Assembly (NCBI GenBank): GCA_910592345.1
Contig: CAJVPI010000035.1
Span: forward strand, 53,247 to 73,246
Length of the DNA: 20,000 bases
DNA from: Paraglomus brasilianum
Taxonomy: Eukaryota
Direction: 5' to 3'
Shown here: one piece after another, positions 1 through 10,742 of the stretch
How positions within the stretch are numbered: position 1 is the first letter of the stretch
Layout: each line of letters begins with the position of its first letter
Translations under genes and position numbers: made by a program
Notes under the pieces: model-generated
What the model saw: the letters and a program-made list of their open reading frames with translations, nothing else
The model's database searches: none
What the model was told of the DNA's origin: nothing

Positions 1-72
1 ACGCTTTATACGGTTTCAGCCCATTTTGATCATCATTGCCTCGGATCTCATCTCGGAATTTCATTGCTAATA

Positions 73-179
73 ATGACGCAATACAATGTACCATATTCAC
101 TGGGTCGGCTGTTTTAGCCGCAGTTTGATGAGTCAATAGCGCAGTTCCCAAAACGGGTGACAACAAATAAACATATAAA
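73..179 (+). promoter_or_regulatory. Putative cyclin promoter: bZIP sites and TATA box
   Basis: ATGACGCAAT at 73-82, TGAGTCA (Gcn4/AP-1 core) at 129-135 and TATAAA at 174-179. No ATG lies between the TATA and the start codon at 287. Confidence 0.5.
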
Positions 180-286
180 GACCGACGATTGACCCTAGAA
201 AAACCCCTCATTACAACAAGCATATCAATAAGTTTCCTTTACCATCCAAAGACGAGAGAAATCTCAATAAATCAAGTAAGGAACAA

Positions 287-1084
287 ATGTATCAAGGAAA
301 CACAAGGAAGAGAAGCTGCGCAGACGAAGCTGAAAGACAAATTCAAAATTTTCCAAGCAAACGACCTCACACTACGCACGATACCATTACCATTTCTTCA
401 CCGCCATTAACACCTCATCATGTCCGCTCTACTTCCCATACACCAAATTCCACATTCGGGGATATCCTCGTATATAACAAATTACCTACTCTCGTTCAAT
501 CCCGTGCTCGCAAAGCAGCCCTTGTAGACAATTTGATCGATTTGGCCGTAGAAATAGTAGAGGAGATCTGGTCACCGTTCACCGTTAACCCGAACGTAAG
601 GCTAGTGTCTTTGAAGACATTTATAAAAAAGCTGTTGCAGGGAATGCGGGTATCTTTTTCCACACTGCAGATCTGTTTGCTGTACCTCGTCCGTGTACAA
701 CATTGCATATTCAAACGTGCACAGACGTCTAGCCGTGGAGACGCTATGAAAGACCCAACGATCTGCGCACGCCGAATGTTTCTTGCTGCACTGATGACAG
801 CGCACAAGTATACTCAAGACAAAAAATATCACATTAGAACTTGGAGTGATGTCTCGGGTCTTTCCGTTCAGGAGATCTGCGTGAACGAGCGATTGTTTTT
901 AGAACTTCTAGATTATAAATTATTTGTAAACGATGAAGACTTTAAAAGATGGTGTGTCCTGCTGTTGATTACTATCCAGAAGATTGCTGGCGAGGACATG
1001 GATAAGGCTAACATCTGCCGAAGCGAAAAGGGAATGCAAGTGATGAAGGAGTTTAGAAGGGAGATAAGAGGGATGGTGGTTTAG
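287..1084 (+). CDS. Pho80/Pcl-family cyclin (Pcl5/Clg1/pas1-like), 265 aa, intronless
   Basis: ATG-initiated ORF with cyclin-box motifs typical of Pho85 cyclins: SLKTFIKKLL..MRVSFSTLQICLLYLVR, CARRMFLAALMTAHKYTQDKKY, TWSDVSGLSVQEICVNERLFLELLDYKLFV. N-terminus is S/T/P-rich. Confidence 0.92.
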   Translation: MYQGNTRKRSCADEAERQIQNFPSKRPHTTHDTITISSPPLTPHHVRSTSHTPNSTFGDILVYNKLPTLVQSRARKAALVDNLIDLAVEIVEEIWSPFTVNPNVRLVSLKTFIKKLLQGMRVSFSTLQICLLYLVRVQHCIFKRAQTSSRGDAMKDPTICARRMFLAALMTAHKYTQDKKYHIRTWSDVSGLSVQEICVNERLFLELLDYKLFVNDEDFKRWCVLLLITIQKIAGEDMDKANICRSEKGMQVMKEFRREIRGMVV

Positions 1085-4000
1085 AACATTTGTGACGATT
1101 AGAGTAATAAGTAAACTTGATTGACTATATTAGAGCGAACAACGATAAGCAAGATGAGTAGTGTAATTAAGAAATATGAAAAAGAAGAAAAAAAAACATA
1201 ACGTCGCTTACCATAATTGATATAAGCTTAGCTTATATATACATTCATTCACATAATGTTCCCAGACTAATAGCTAGTTTTTAATCATCGTTTCTCTTCG
1301 TCTCCCTGTTTGCAAAGCTTCTTCTCCCTGTGTTTCCCATAAGCGAATAGTGATTGATCTGTGTGACCGCTAAGATAAGTCAGAATAAAATTAATAATGC
1401 ATTCGACGCATGATTGGGGGCACAGCATCTTACTAATCAGAACCAGGAAAATTTGGTCAGTATCTGATAAATTCGGCCGACAAGCTCGGAATTTCGGATT
1501 AAAATATGAGCGATTATAATGTCTATTATTAGCTCCATTTAATCTCAAATTTAAAACAGCGCATTCTAATTCATTTATTGTATCATAGCACAATTGCATG
1601 CACATTTGATAATAAAAGATCTTTGATTAATAAATTTGTTATTATTGAGCTTATTGAGTGAATGTGAAATTCGTCATCGTACTGACGTTTTATTTTTTGC
1701 ACATGCAAGTGCAGAAAACGTATTGGTGCAAGTTGATATTGCAAAACAGATATTATTATGGCTTTCAAGGTGACAAGACAATTCGATAAATCTGCCTTGT
1801 TGTAAAAGTTCGCCGCAGTTGAATACTGGTAACAGTTTATGGTAACACATCAACGTTTTGATATGCATGTTGCTAGGACTAATGAGGAAAACTACCCATT
1901 CGCGGAACAGACAGGTTAAAAGATGATCCTTTACTAGTAAACTGGATTCCGCGTATATTGAACAGTGAGTAATAATTAATAGCGAAATAGATCATCAGAC
2001 CTATGGGGTATTAATATTGCTGCGCAAAGACGTTAAAACGGTAAAAATTTATCCGCACCACCTTTTTTTCTTGAATCGTGTAGTTGGCGTCGAATCATTG
2101 AACCGCGATAACAATTGCAGTAAACAATGTCTTGATTTTGTTCTGCGCAATATAAACAAGTTTGTTATGTCATATGACGATGCGGATGATCTGAATATGA
2201 AAAAGCCTTCTCATTATCTGTCACTGCGGCGGGGGGGTTTTTTTTTTTTTTTGTTTTTTTTTTTTAGGAAACTAGTTTCACATGTTTAACGATTTATGCA
2301 TAGAATGCATATTTATGTGTTGTGTTCTCAATGACTTGGTTATTGTTGCTACGGATATGATATGATTATGGTGGTATTATTGGTATAAGTGCTCTCGTAT
2401 TCGTATATAAATTATTACAATACAGTATTTATTATTATACTAATTAATTATCAGCAGTTTTGCAAACAATATTAATGAAATCAGTAATTTATACCATTTC
2501 TATTGAAGAAGTTATATTTAGAAACAATCCGTTGGCGTTTAATAATGGAACACTGTTTCGACTGCTCCATTTAAATAAAACATATAATTGATAATCATGC
2601 ACATAAATAATACATCCAATGTGATAAGAAGTAAATGTATTGGCAACCTTGATAATCGCCGGCATAAAAGACATCGAATAAAGCCGTAAGAGTAGGCCGA
2701 CTGCCTCTAAAAAAAGATTATTCAAGACTACGGTGAACCATGCAACACGCATTCTTGCGGAAGATCTGCATTTAGAGTTGATTGGTCTCATGCGATAAGA
2801 GATCGATGCATAATTGCATTTAATTGTCATTATCATATAAATTCAGAAGTCTTGGTATGTTTGATATTTTAGAACGCTTCCCCAACCAATTGTTCTGGGC
2901 TTGATGCTATCGCCAGCTTCACGCGAAAAAGGAGGGGTAGGTTTATTATGATAAGAAGAGTGTTTATGGTTTATTATTATAGAGAGTTCACCGTATATTC
3001 GATAGAACGAGATCATATCGCATAATGAGGTTCATGGCATCCACGTGAACTAGTCTAACAAATCTGCTACTAGAAATTTGGTTTGCCCGACTCGTTTTAG
3101 TGTGGTCTTTGGCGAGATTGTTGGCTCTGGAATAATTACTATGTCAGGTATTTTCTCTTGGCAATTTTACAATTGCTGCTACAAGCAAAGAATGCTTCTT
3201 GCTGCATTTATAAACTAATAAAAGACTTTTCCTGCAGATTCAATAACGGAAGGAATAGAAGTACGGTATTGTACATTTCTCACATTTAGCCTGTCGAATC
3301 AAGACATATTGCACATACTGAATATGTACAGCACATTATTACCTTACGTGTGGAAAATGTACCGAGGATACCAACCACCCATTGTCGGCAAAAAAGATAT
3401 ATAGGTTGGCAGAAAACGACATGTTGAAATATTGAAATTACTGTAGTTTCCCCTTATCGATCGAATTAATAATATACATCAAACCAGTTTGAAAGCAAAA
3501 GTCGATGATACCCTATATGGTGAACTCTCTATTCAAGATGCCCTCGGGAATGGGGATAGAGGGTTATCATTTGATTAATTGCACGTAATTTATTTATTGT
3601 CGTTTGTGTCATTACTGCATTACGTTCATTGATTTTAAACTAATGCAATTATCTATGTTTGAATTTGGTAAATAATCTCCAAACTGCTTGCAACACTTAC
3701 AATCGGTAATTCAATACTAAATGACGAACTGCTCTTATTAACAAAGTCATTCGTTTTAATGTTTCTCTGAAATCACGAACAATACCTTATCCATAATAAG
3801 ACAAAAGCCTGCATCACTATTTAGTTTTCAAGTTGTTGACAAGACTATCAAAATGTAGCACTTATCATTATACGTCTTTGTATGGACCTGTGCTTATATG
3901 AAGGGTAAATTCTTATAGTGGAGAAGCGAAAAAACTGTGCAATGCAGAATATGACACGGCGTGCATGTATGGAGGGTGAGCTTATATGGAGGGTGCTTGA

Positions 4001-4559
4001 ATAGAGGGTTTTACTGGGGCAAATCATAGTCCAAAAAGAAATCTTCTTTTTACAATCACATACACAATAAACCTGGATAGGTATGGAGTAGTTCCATTCT
4101 ATATTCATATCCCTTGGAGTCAATAATCACGGGAGAGCGATTGACTATTTAGGCGTAGTCTTGCCTTATTAAGGTCATTTGGAAATGAGCACACATCATC
4201 TGGGAAGCTTCACCGTCCAAGCTCGAATGTAGCTACGCATTTTAGTCAGGAACGATTAGCATCAAACTTATTACCAGTTCATAAACTTTAGATTAGTTGG
4301 TTCTCAATATTAACTTTTTAATAAATAATGTACTTTATTACTATATCTTACATATACCCGGCAAAGGCAGCTAAAAGTAAACGTGCACGATTTTATTTCA
4401 GAATCCTGTTCCGATGTTGACATATACGGAAGTAAACCCTTGAATAAAAATCGTATAAACTGTAAATAACCCGCGAAATTCAGAGTGTTTGAGTCACTAA
4501 ATCATAAGCAGTGGACGATGTAAATATTGCAGATTGACTTTAACACGTAACCAATTTGC

Positions 4560-5864
4560 CGTCGCCATACCTGCAACTGAATCAAAATCATAACCGTTTC
4601 TTGGTTTGGGCAAATCTCCAGTAAGAGTTTACTCGAGACGTTTACATTATTGTGATATATGATATTCCATACGTTGCTGTTAAAAAAATCACCCTCTTCC
4701 ACCTCTCTGAAAAACTTGTAAGTCTCATCCAAATCCATACGCTTATCAGGATCAGCATCACAACACCGCTCGGCAAGTTTCTTGTATTCCTCTGGTGGTC
4801 ACCAGTGGCAATTAAATACAAAGAGAATATATGTCTGATTTCTGTGTATATGAAAGACTTTCGGTTCAATAAAGGGTAAAACGCCTCGAATGGTTGAATT
4901 TGACTGACGTGAATTCACTGACCAGATGTGAATATCAATCAGATATAATGCAATGTCATTCAAACACACCAATTTCATCTTCCATGTCAATGTGTTAATG
5001 TTTTGATCCAAATAAGACAAAAGACTACCATTGTTAGCATATTGCATAACAATCATGTACTCTGTGTGTATCCACAAATTGAAAGAATAACGCGGACACT
5101 TGGCATGATTTCTGACTATTAAATAAAATGAATATAGCGTCAAATTAAATATTACGTTAATTAATACTACCAATTGTTGCCCTCGAATTCCGGCGTTTTA
5201 TCAAAAACTCTTAAACCGTTTGAGTACAACAGTTTCTTCCGAAATACCATTCTGAATACTTTTTATATTTGGCAGTATAAACTGTTCCAAAGTCGCATAC
5301 TGGATGTACTTTACACGTTCATTATTCTGTCCAATAGTGCATGTTCATGTACACATTCACATTCATCAATGGACAGCTGTCCAAACAGCGTCGCTGGCTA
5401 CGGGCCCAGCCTCGCGATCGGGCGTGTCGTGGTAGAACACCAAATAATATTTGGCTCCTGAGTAATCCAATTATCCAAATATTATCCGGTGTTAACATGT
5501 CGGGTATTCCTTGGTTAGCTATTTGAGTAACGGAAATGATACATAATAATAAGTCAATAATTATTTAAACTATTTAATAAACATGATGCATAAGTAAACA
5601 ATGTACCAAGTTGATCATCGGTAATTGGTAGATACAAGTTAAAGTATACACCAACCAATATTTCCCAATCGTTAACAAATAGGCATGATTTGGTGAATTT
5701 GTTTGTAATTGAGATTTCTTAATAAACTCATCGAGTTGCTTATTGTTGCTAGTCCATCCATTGGAGTATTCCACATGCGGATAACAATGGTAAAAAGATA
5801 GATGTAATACTCGTTTCCATTAGATATTAAAGCCATGTGGAATATCTTTTGAAGTCATTGTCAT
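4560..5864 (-). pseudogene. Degenerate tyrosine-kinase-like (TKL) protein kinase of the type expanded in Glomeromycotina
   Basis: Collinear fragments in shifting frames: WTSNNKQLDEFIKKSQLQT; DFGTVYTAKY (Gly loop); ETVVLKRFK; YMIVMQYANNGSLLSYLDQNINTLTWKMKL; IRGVLPFIEPKV; TQKSDIYS; LYLIATG; YKKLAERCCDADPDKR; TGDLPKPRN. The catalytic loop and DFG region are deleted. Probable GT-AG intron at about 5116-5170. Confidence 0.88.
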
Positions 5865-6299
5865 CCTTACTGTACTGAAGTGAGTATATTCTGTCACAAG
5901 TGTTGGTGTACATTCTTCGCTGTTTCCAAGGAGCACCAGTAGAGCATTCTCAACGCTTATTGTGTTATATCACACACGGATCTCAGTTTATAACAACAAA
6001 ATCGCATTATACTGTTATCGAAGTATACAAGATGTTTATATCATTGGTGCTTCATAATGGACGGGTTTGACATCCGAAACGCTAAGGCGGTATGAGTAGA
6101 ATAGTTTATGTGATCGCTTGTCATACATGATTCAAAACCATCATGTTTATTAGGCGTTGCAAGAGACTCTCTTTACTAATAATACGGAACGTCTACTTTA
6201 AATTATCGCGTGAGGTAAACCTATCGATGTGCAGCACGTATGGTGCAAATCATCTAAAGCTTGAAATAAATTATCCAACTTTCAAAACCCCAAGGCTTT

Positions 6300-6730
6300 T
6301 GTATTAGAGGTATAAAGAAAAACTAATCCGTAAGAATGATACAACAGATGATGCAGAACAAAAGTTACGGTTTAGATTTAGGGACAAGCAAGTTCGCTAT
6401 TGTTGCAAATTTATTAGGGATGCGATACAGAAGCAAGCACTAGCGGAGATGGGATTGGGTGACGATTTATTGTGAAAAACTTTGAGGTAAGTGATTTGGG
6501 GAAGTAATGTTGATTCAGAAACAGACTTTCAAAGGATGATGTTTGGTTGAAGTGGAGACCAGATGCCAATTTCGAAATTATCGTAATTACACATGGAGTG
6601 GATTACAAGAAACAGTTCCTCGCGCTCTCGATTCTGTTAATTTCGTAGATTCGCGCGATATATGGATTTGTACAGACAGGTAAATCAGCAGAATATGCTG
6701 CTAAAAAATATATCTCGTACAGAAGAAGCA
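6300..6730 (+). mobile_element. Remnant of an IS630/Tc1-mariner superfamily (DDE_3-type) transposase
   Basis: Frameshifted fragments at about 6585-6726, NYTWSGLQETVPRALDSV / RYMDLYRQ / GKSAEYAAKKYISYRR, match the recalled C-terminus of fungal Tc1-like transposases (DYT..GL..TVP.ALDSV...RYMD.YR.G..GK.AEYA.KKY.SHRR). The 5' boundary is uncertain. Confidence 0.72.
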
Positions 6731-8203
6731 TGGGATGAATACAAACAATTAATTCGATCAACTTTCTTAAACAGAAGATTCAAAGAAACGCGCACTTATA
6801 TAAATACCGGTAAGTATGTGCAACATTAATGTCGAATTTGAAGCGTTATAATAAAGCATTTATAAAACTATTCTGCAAAAAGTAAGTATTTTCGAACATT
6901 ATGTTCGGGCGTTATCACATGGTAACGCTCTCTCCCCACCCCAATCTTCCATATAGTCCAGTTGTGATTTTTCTTATTCTTTCGAACTAAAGGGAAAAAG
7001 TTTCAATAGTGTTGAAAAATCTGTTCAAACAGTTGTTGACACCATCCAACACAAAAGCTGACTAAAACTTTTCAGCACCCCCCATGTACAAACCATCCGC
7101 CTACAATACTAATTGCGTCGAGGCTTACAGTCGCTGTATGTACAAAGTTTATACACATAGGAAACTGAATAAGGAACCCGATATTCGTACCTTGTTCAGG
7201 ATAAACCGTTTCTCCGAAATTGCCAAACGATAAAAAGCCCCACACCTAATTGCATCCATATCATTACGGATTTGAATTAGTTGACTTTGGCTTTAGTCAA
7301 GCATCGGTAGGTTAGTAATCACGCCTGGTTAGATATACTAAAACCAAAGAATTACGAAAGATGTTCAATTACGCCAAAGTCATTAGTAATACGGGTCAAG
7401 TAAACTTGAATTAGCAAGCCCCGTGCTGAAATAGGGAGGGTTGGATAAAGTTCCGTTTTTACCAGTCCATTTGGGAAAAATAAACTCTACTTTCCCCATA
7501 TTCAAGTAAGCTTGCAGCTATTTGTCATACATAGTATGCTAGCAGTTTACGTATTCAGTGCCTTACAAAGCAAACCCCCCCCAAGCTATCAATTGTTGGG
7601 GGTGTACCAGGGGAATTGTGTACTAGCACGACCGACGGTTTATCTAACCTTCCTTATCTTATCACATATCTGACTATTCGTATCATTAAAATGTACAAGC
7701 TGCGAAGAAAACTTGTGGTTGTTTATATCATCTATGATATTGTACGTATATTGTTCTTTAATTTACAAAAGAAAAGATTAAGTTGATGATATAAATATGA
7801 AGCAAGTAATAGGTGAATGTAAAAACCCAACAATAACAACCCCAGCAATAAAATAGTAAAAAATAGTGAGAGAATATAATAACAATTGAAAACTACAGTA
7901 GTGTGTATAATAATAGTAATAGATATCGTAATAATGTCAATGGTAATAGTAAATACGATGATAGGCAATGATTGTTATTGTCGTAACTTATTACACAAAC
8001 AATCAATTCGTTTTACATTCAAACCTAATCTGTTGTAATATACTTTTGAAAAACTGTACAAGGTATTAATACCTTTGATGCAAGATGAATATCGATACAA
8101 TGTTACCATGATATATCAGCTAATAAACAAATAAATACACAAGAATAAATTATGGTAGCCAAAGTTTGCTACCCAATCTAAAAATGTGCCAATATCCTTT
8201 ACT

Positions 8204-8249
8204 TACCTCCCTCTCCCTCTCCCTCTCCCTCTACCTCCCCCACCTCCCT
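8204..8249 (-). repeat. (GGGAGA)n purine tract / G-quadruplex motif directly after the TF stop codon
   Basis: + strand CCCTCTCCCTCTCCCTCTCCC at 8209-8229 reads as four GGG runs with 3-nt loops on the mRNA-sense strand. Confidence 0.75.
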
Positions 8250-9497
8250 TTACCATCCCTCATTCCCTCCTTCCTCATGACAATTTCCACCCTGTGACGG
8301 TACAATATCAACGTTATCTCCAATCCGCGATTGTCCTGTTGAATGAGAAAACGTTTCTGGGTAATTCTGAGCATATGGTGGGTGGTAGATGGAAGACGAG
8401 GATGTATGAATAGTTCCCAGGGGTGACATAAAGTCGCTAATATAAGGCTCCATATTTGGTGATTGCATTAACGTTGTGTTTGGGGAAGACTCTGACTGTA
8501 TGCTAGGTGCTTCGGTGGCATTGTACGCCATCTGCTTGAACACACCTACACCGCTCGGATGGAGAGCGCTGTCCACGTATGAGGACATTACAAATGTTCC
8601 TCCCGGTTGACGAATTGCATTAGTTGTGAATGGTGGTTCGGGGGATGTGATATTGTGTGATGGTTGAGGGGGGTGTTGACCGAAGCTGTCTGTCAACTTC
8701 ACTTGCGTGTCAAAGTCCATTGCTTTTACTCTTTTTGGCTTTCGAGGCTTAGTTTTATTGTCAAGACCACGTTTTGATGCCCTTTTTTGATCTGTAAATT
8801 TTGTAGTAGCACTAACTGCTGTAGCTTCATTTGTATCACCACTGACAGTCTCTTTATTTTTTTTATGTGCTTCTATCATACCTTTAATAGACGCCCATAT
8901 TTCTTGTCTTCCTTTTTCATCATCCGTAGTCAGTACTAACAGTCTCAGTTTTTCGGATATTTGCAAATAAGCTGTTTCTACCGACTGTAATGTCTTATTA
9001 CTATTTGTGAATTCATGCCATAGCGATCTTAGCAGTTCAACTTGTTCATCCGTAGTCTTTCGATCTACAAATAACAAGAATAAATCTTCTTCAAGTCGTT
9101 TTATTAATCTTTGAAGACGCATTGTGTTGTATAATTCGAACATGGTGCTAGTTGTTTCTCGTAATTTGCTTTCCAGGTTGCGAACTCTTTCATTAAGACT
9201 TTCTGTTGACGGTAATCCTTTGGGTTTGCGTCCCGGTTCTGGGAATGAGCATTCTTCTCCACGTCTTGTACAATTCGTACAAGGTTTTCCCGTTTGATAG
9301 TCACCATTACAAGGCTTCTTGTCTTTTTTGCATTTGAAGCATGCATTTGGGCATATTTTACGTGGTTTCTTGTTAGATCCAACTGATTCCGAGCGTGAGT
9401 AGCTGTCCGAGTCTGTGTTGTCTGCTGTCTTTTGTTCTTGTTGTTCTTGTTGCCGCTGTCGCTGTTGCTGTTGCTGTTGCTGTCGTTGTTGTTGTTG

Positions 9498-9528
<31 letters not shown>

Positions 9529-9692
9529 TGTTGTTGCTGTTGCTGATGTATCTGTAGTTGTTGTTGCAGTTGCAGTTGTCGTTGTTGTTCTTGTAGTAGT
9601 TGCTGTTGTTGCTGCTGTTGCTGTTGCTGTTGTTGTTGTTGTGCCTGTGTTAGTGGTTGTGCCTGTTGTTGTTGTCGTCGTCGTTGTGACAT
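8250..9692 (-). CDS. Zn(II)2Cys6 binuclear-cluster transcription factor with N-terminal polyglutamine, 480 aa
   Basis: Long ATG ORF containing CFKCKKDKKPCNGDYQTGKPCTNCTRRGEEC (six-Cys Gal4-type cluster, about 9249-9341), then a heptad dimerisation helix (ESLNERVRNLESKL), a basic NLS-like KTKPRKPKR and an S/P/Q-rich C-terminus. Confidence 0.93.
9430..9675 (-). repeat. CAA/CAG trinucleotide repeat encoding polyQ
   Basis: (TTG/CTG)n on the + strand; the longest uninterrupted run is 20 Gln codons (9486-9545). Confidence 0.95.
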
Positions 9693-10652
9693 TGTGAAAA
9701 AAGTCTGTGCGGTTTAATTTTGTATTTTTTTTGGAGTAAAGTATCGAAAGGATAAATATATATTTAACGGATCACTAATAAGTAAAATAAATATTAACAA
9801 ATAAATAACAAACTCAATGTTTAAAAACAGTATAAACTTGCATATTTTTATATTGTATATTTGTAACGTAATACAAAGCATCCAATATGCTAACCAAGCT
9901 AGTCCTAATCAGTTTGTTTCTCGGCTTTAGTTGATAAATGGGTTGCGTATTAAAAAGAGCGAGAGATACCAAGAAACTGCGGAACAGCGGTAATATATTT
10001 GCGCATAATCTAACTATTTTCATGATCTATAGTGAATTACACGGCGATCATTCAAAGGTTTAATTGTGGATACTTATCAGGACAAAAAAGAACATTTCGT
10101 ATCAAAAGCGGTATTAAATTTATATATTGGATTTGAATGTTCATTGAAATTTGTAATTGCCTTTGGTCTTTGGGCAAGGTTATATGGGCTATGCAAGATG
10201 CGTATACTCGTAACGGTCGATAACGCCCTCTTTGGTTGGTGCACAGGTGACGTTTTAGCCCCTTTAGGTGTGGTCATATTTCCACGGTTTGTATAAGTTC
10301 ACTCTGTGTGCGTTCCATGTTCTAAACTCACAAAAGAGCCCCTCTCCTCCAACTTCTCATCCCTGGTAACAACAACGCTGGATCTATTTTTAGCAGTGCG
10401 CTTATTTCCTATATTTCCTCAATGACAAGCCCTCCTTCATTCACTCGCTTATTTCAAAACGCCGGCCGAGCGTTTTTACACAGTGGTTACAATGTTAGAG
10501 AGATATGTTAGGTAATCGGTTTATGATGATTATTAATATTGTTATTGTTAACTTGCTAATATTGTCGGTATTGTTAAGCGAGTTTTACGTACGATGCATA
10601 TTCTCTAGCATGATGTGTATATCAGTACTATATCGACACAATAGGGGTACTA

Positions 10653-10742
10653 CCCATTCGCCATTCACCCACCCATTCACCCACCCATTCGCCCATCCAT
10701 TCGCCCAGCCATTCGCCCAGCCATTCGCCCATCCCCTCCCCC
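10653..10742. repeat. 12-bp minisatellite (CCATTCRCCCAN), about 6-7 units
   Basis: Directly visible tandem units ccattcacccac / ccattcgcccat / ccattcgcccag. Confidence 0.9.

Noticed and set aside
2226..2266. G-run plus long poly(T) tract
   Set aside because: Simple homopolymer; no associated element or exon could be supported.
9395..9697. Val/Ala-rich + strand ORF
   Set aside because: Antisense shadow of the polyQ codons; GTG start.
10653..10742. Minus-strand GGCGAATGGG resembles the 3' end of the genomic HDV ribozyme
   Set aside because: No P1/P3/L3 elements present; it is simply the minisatellite unit.
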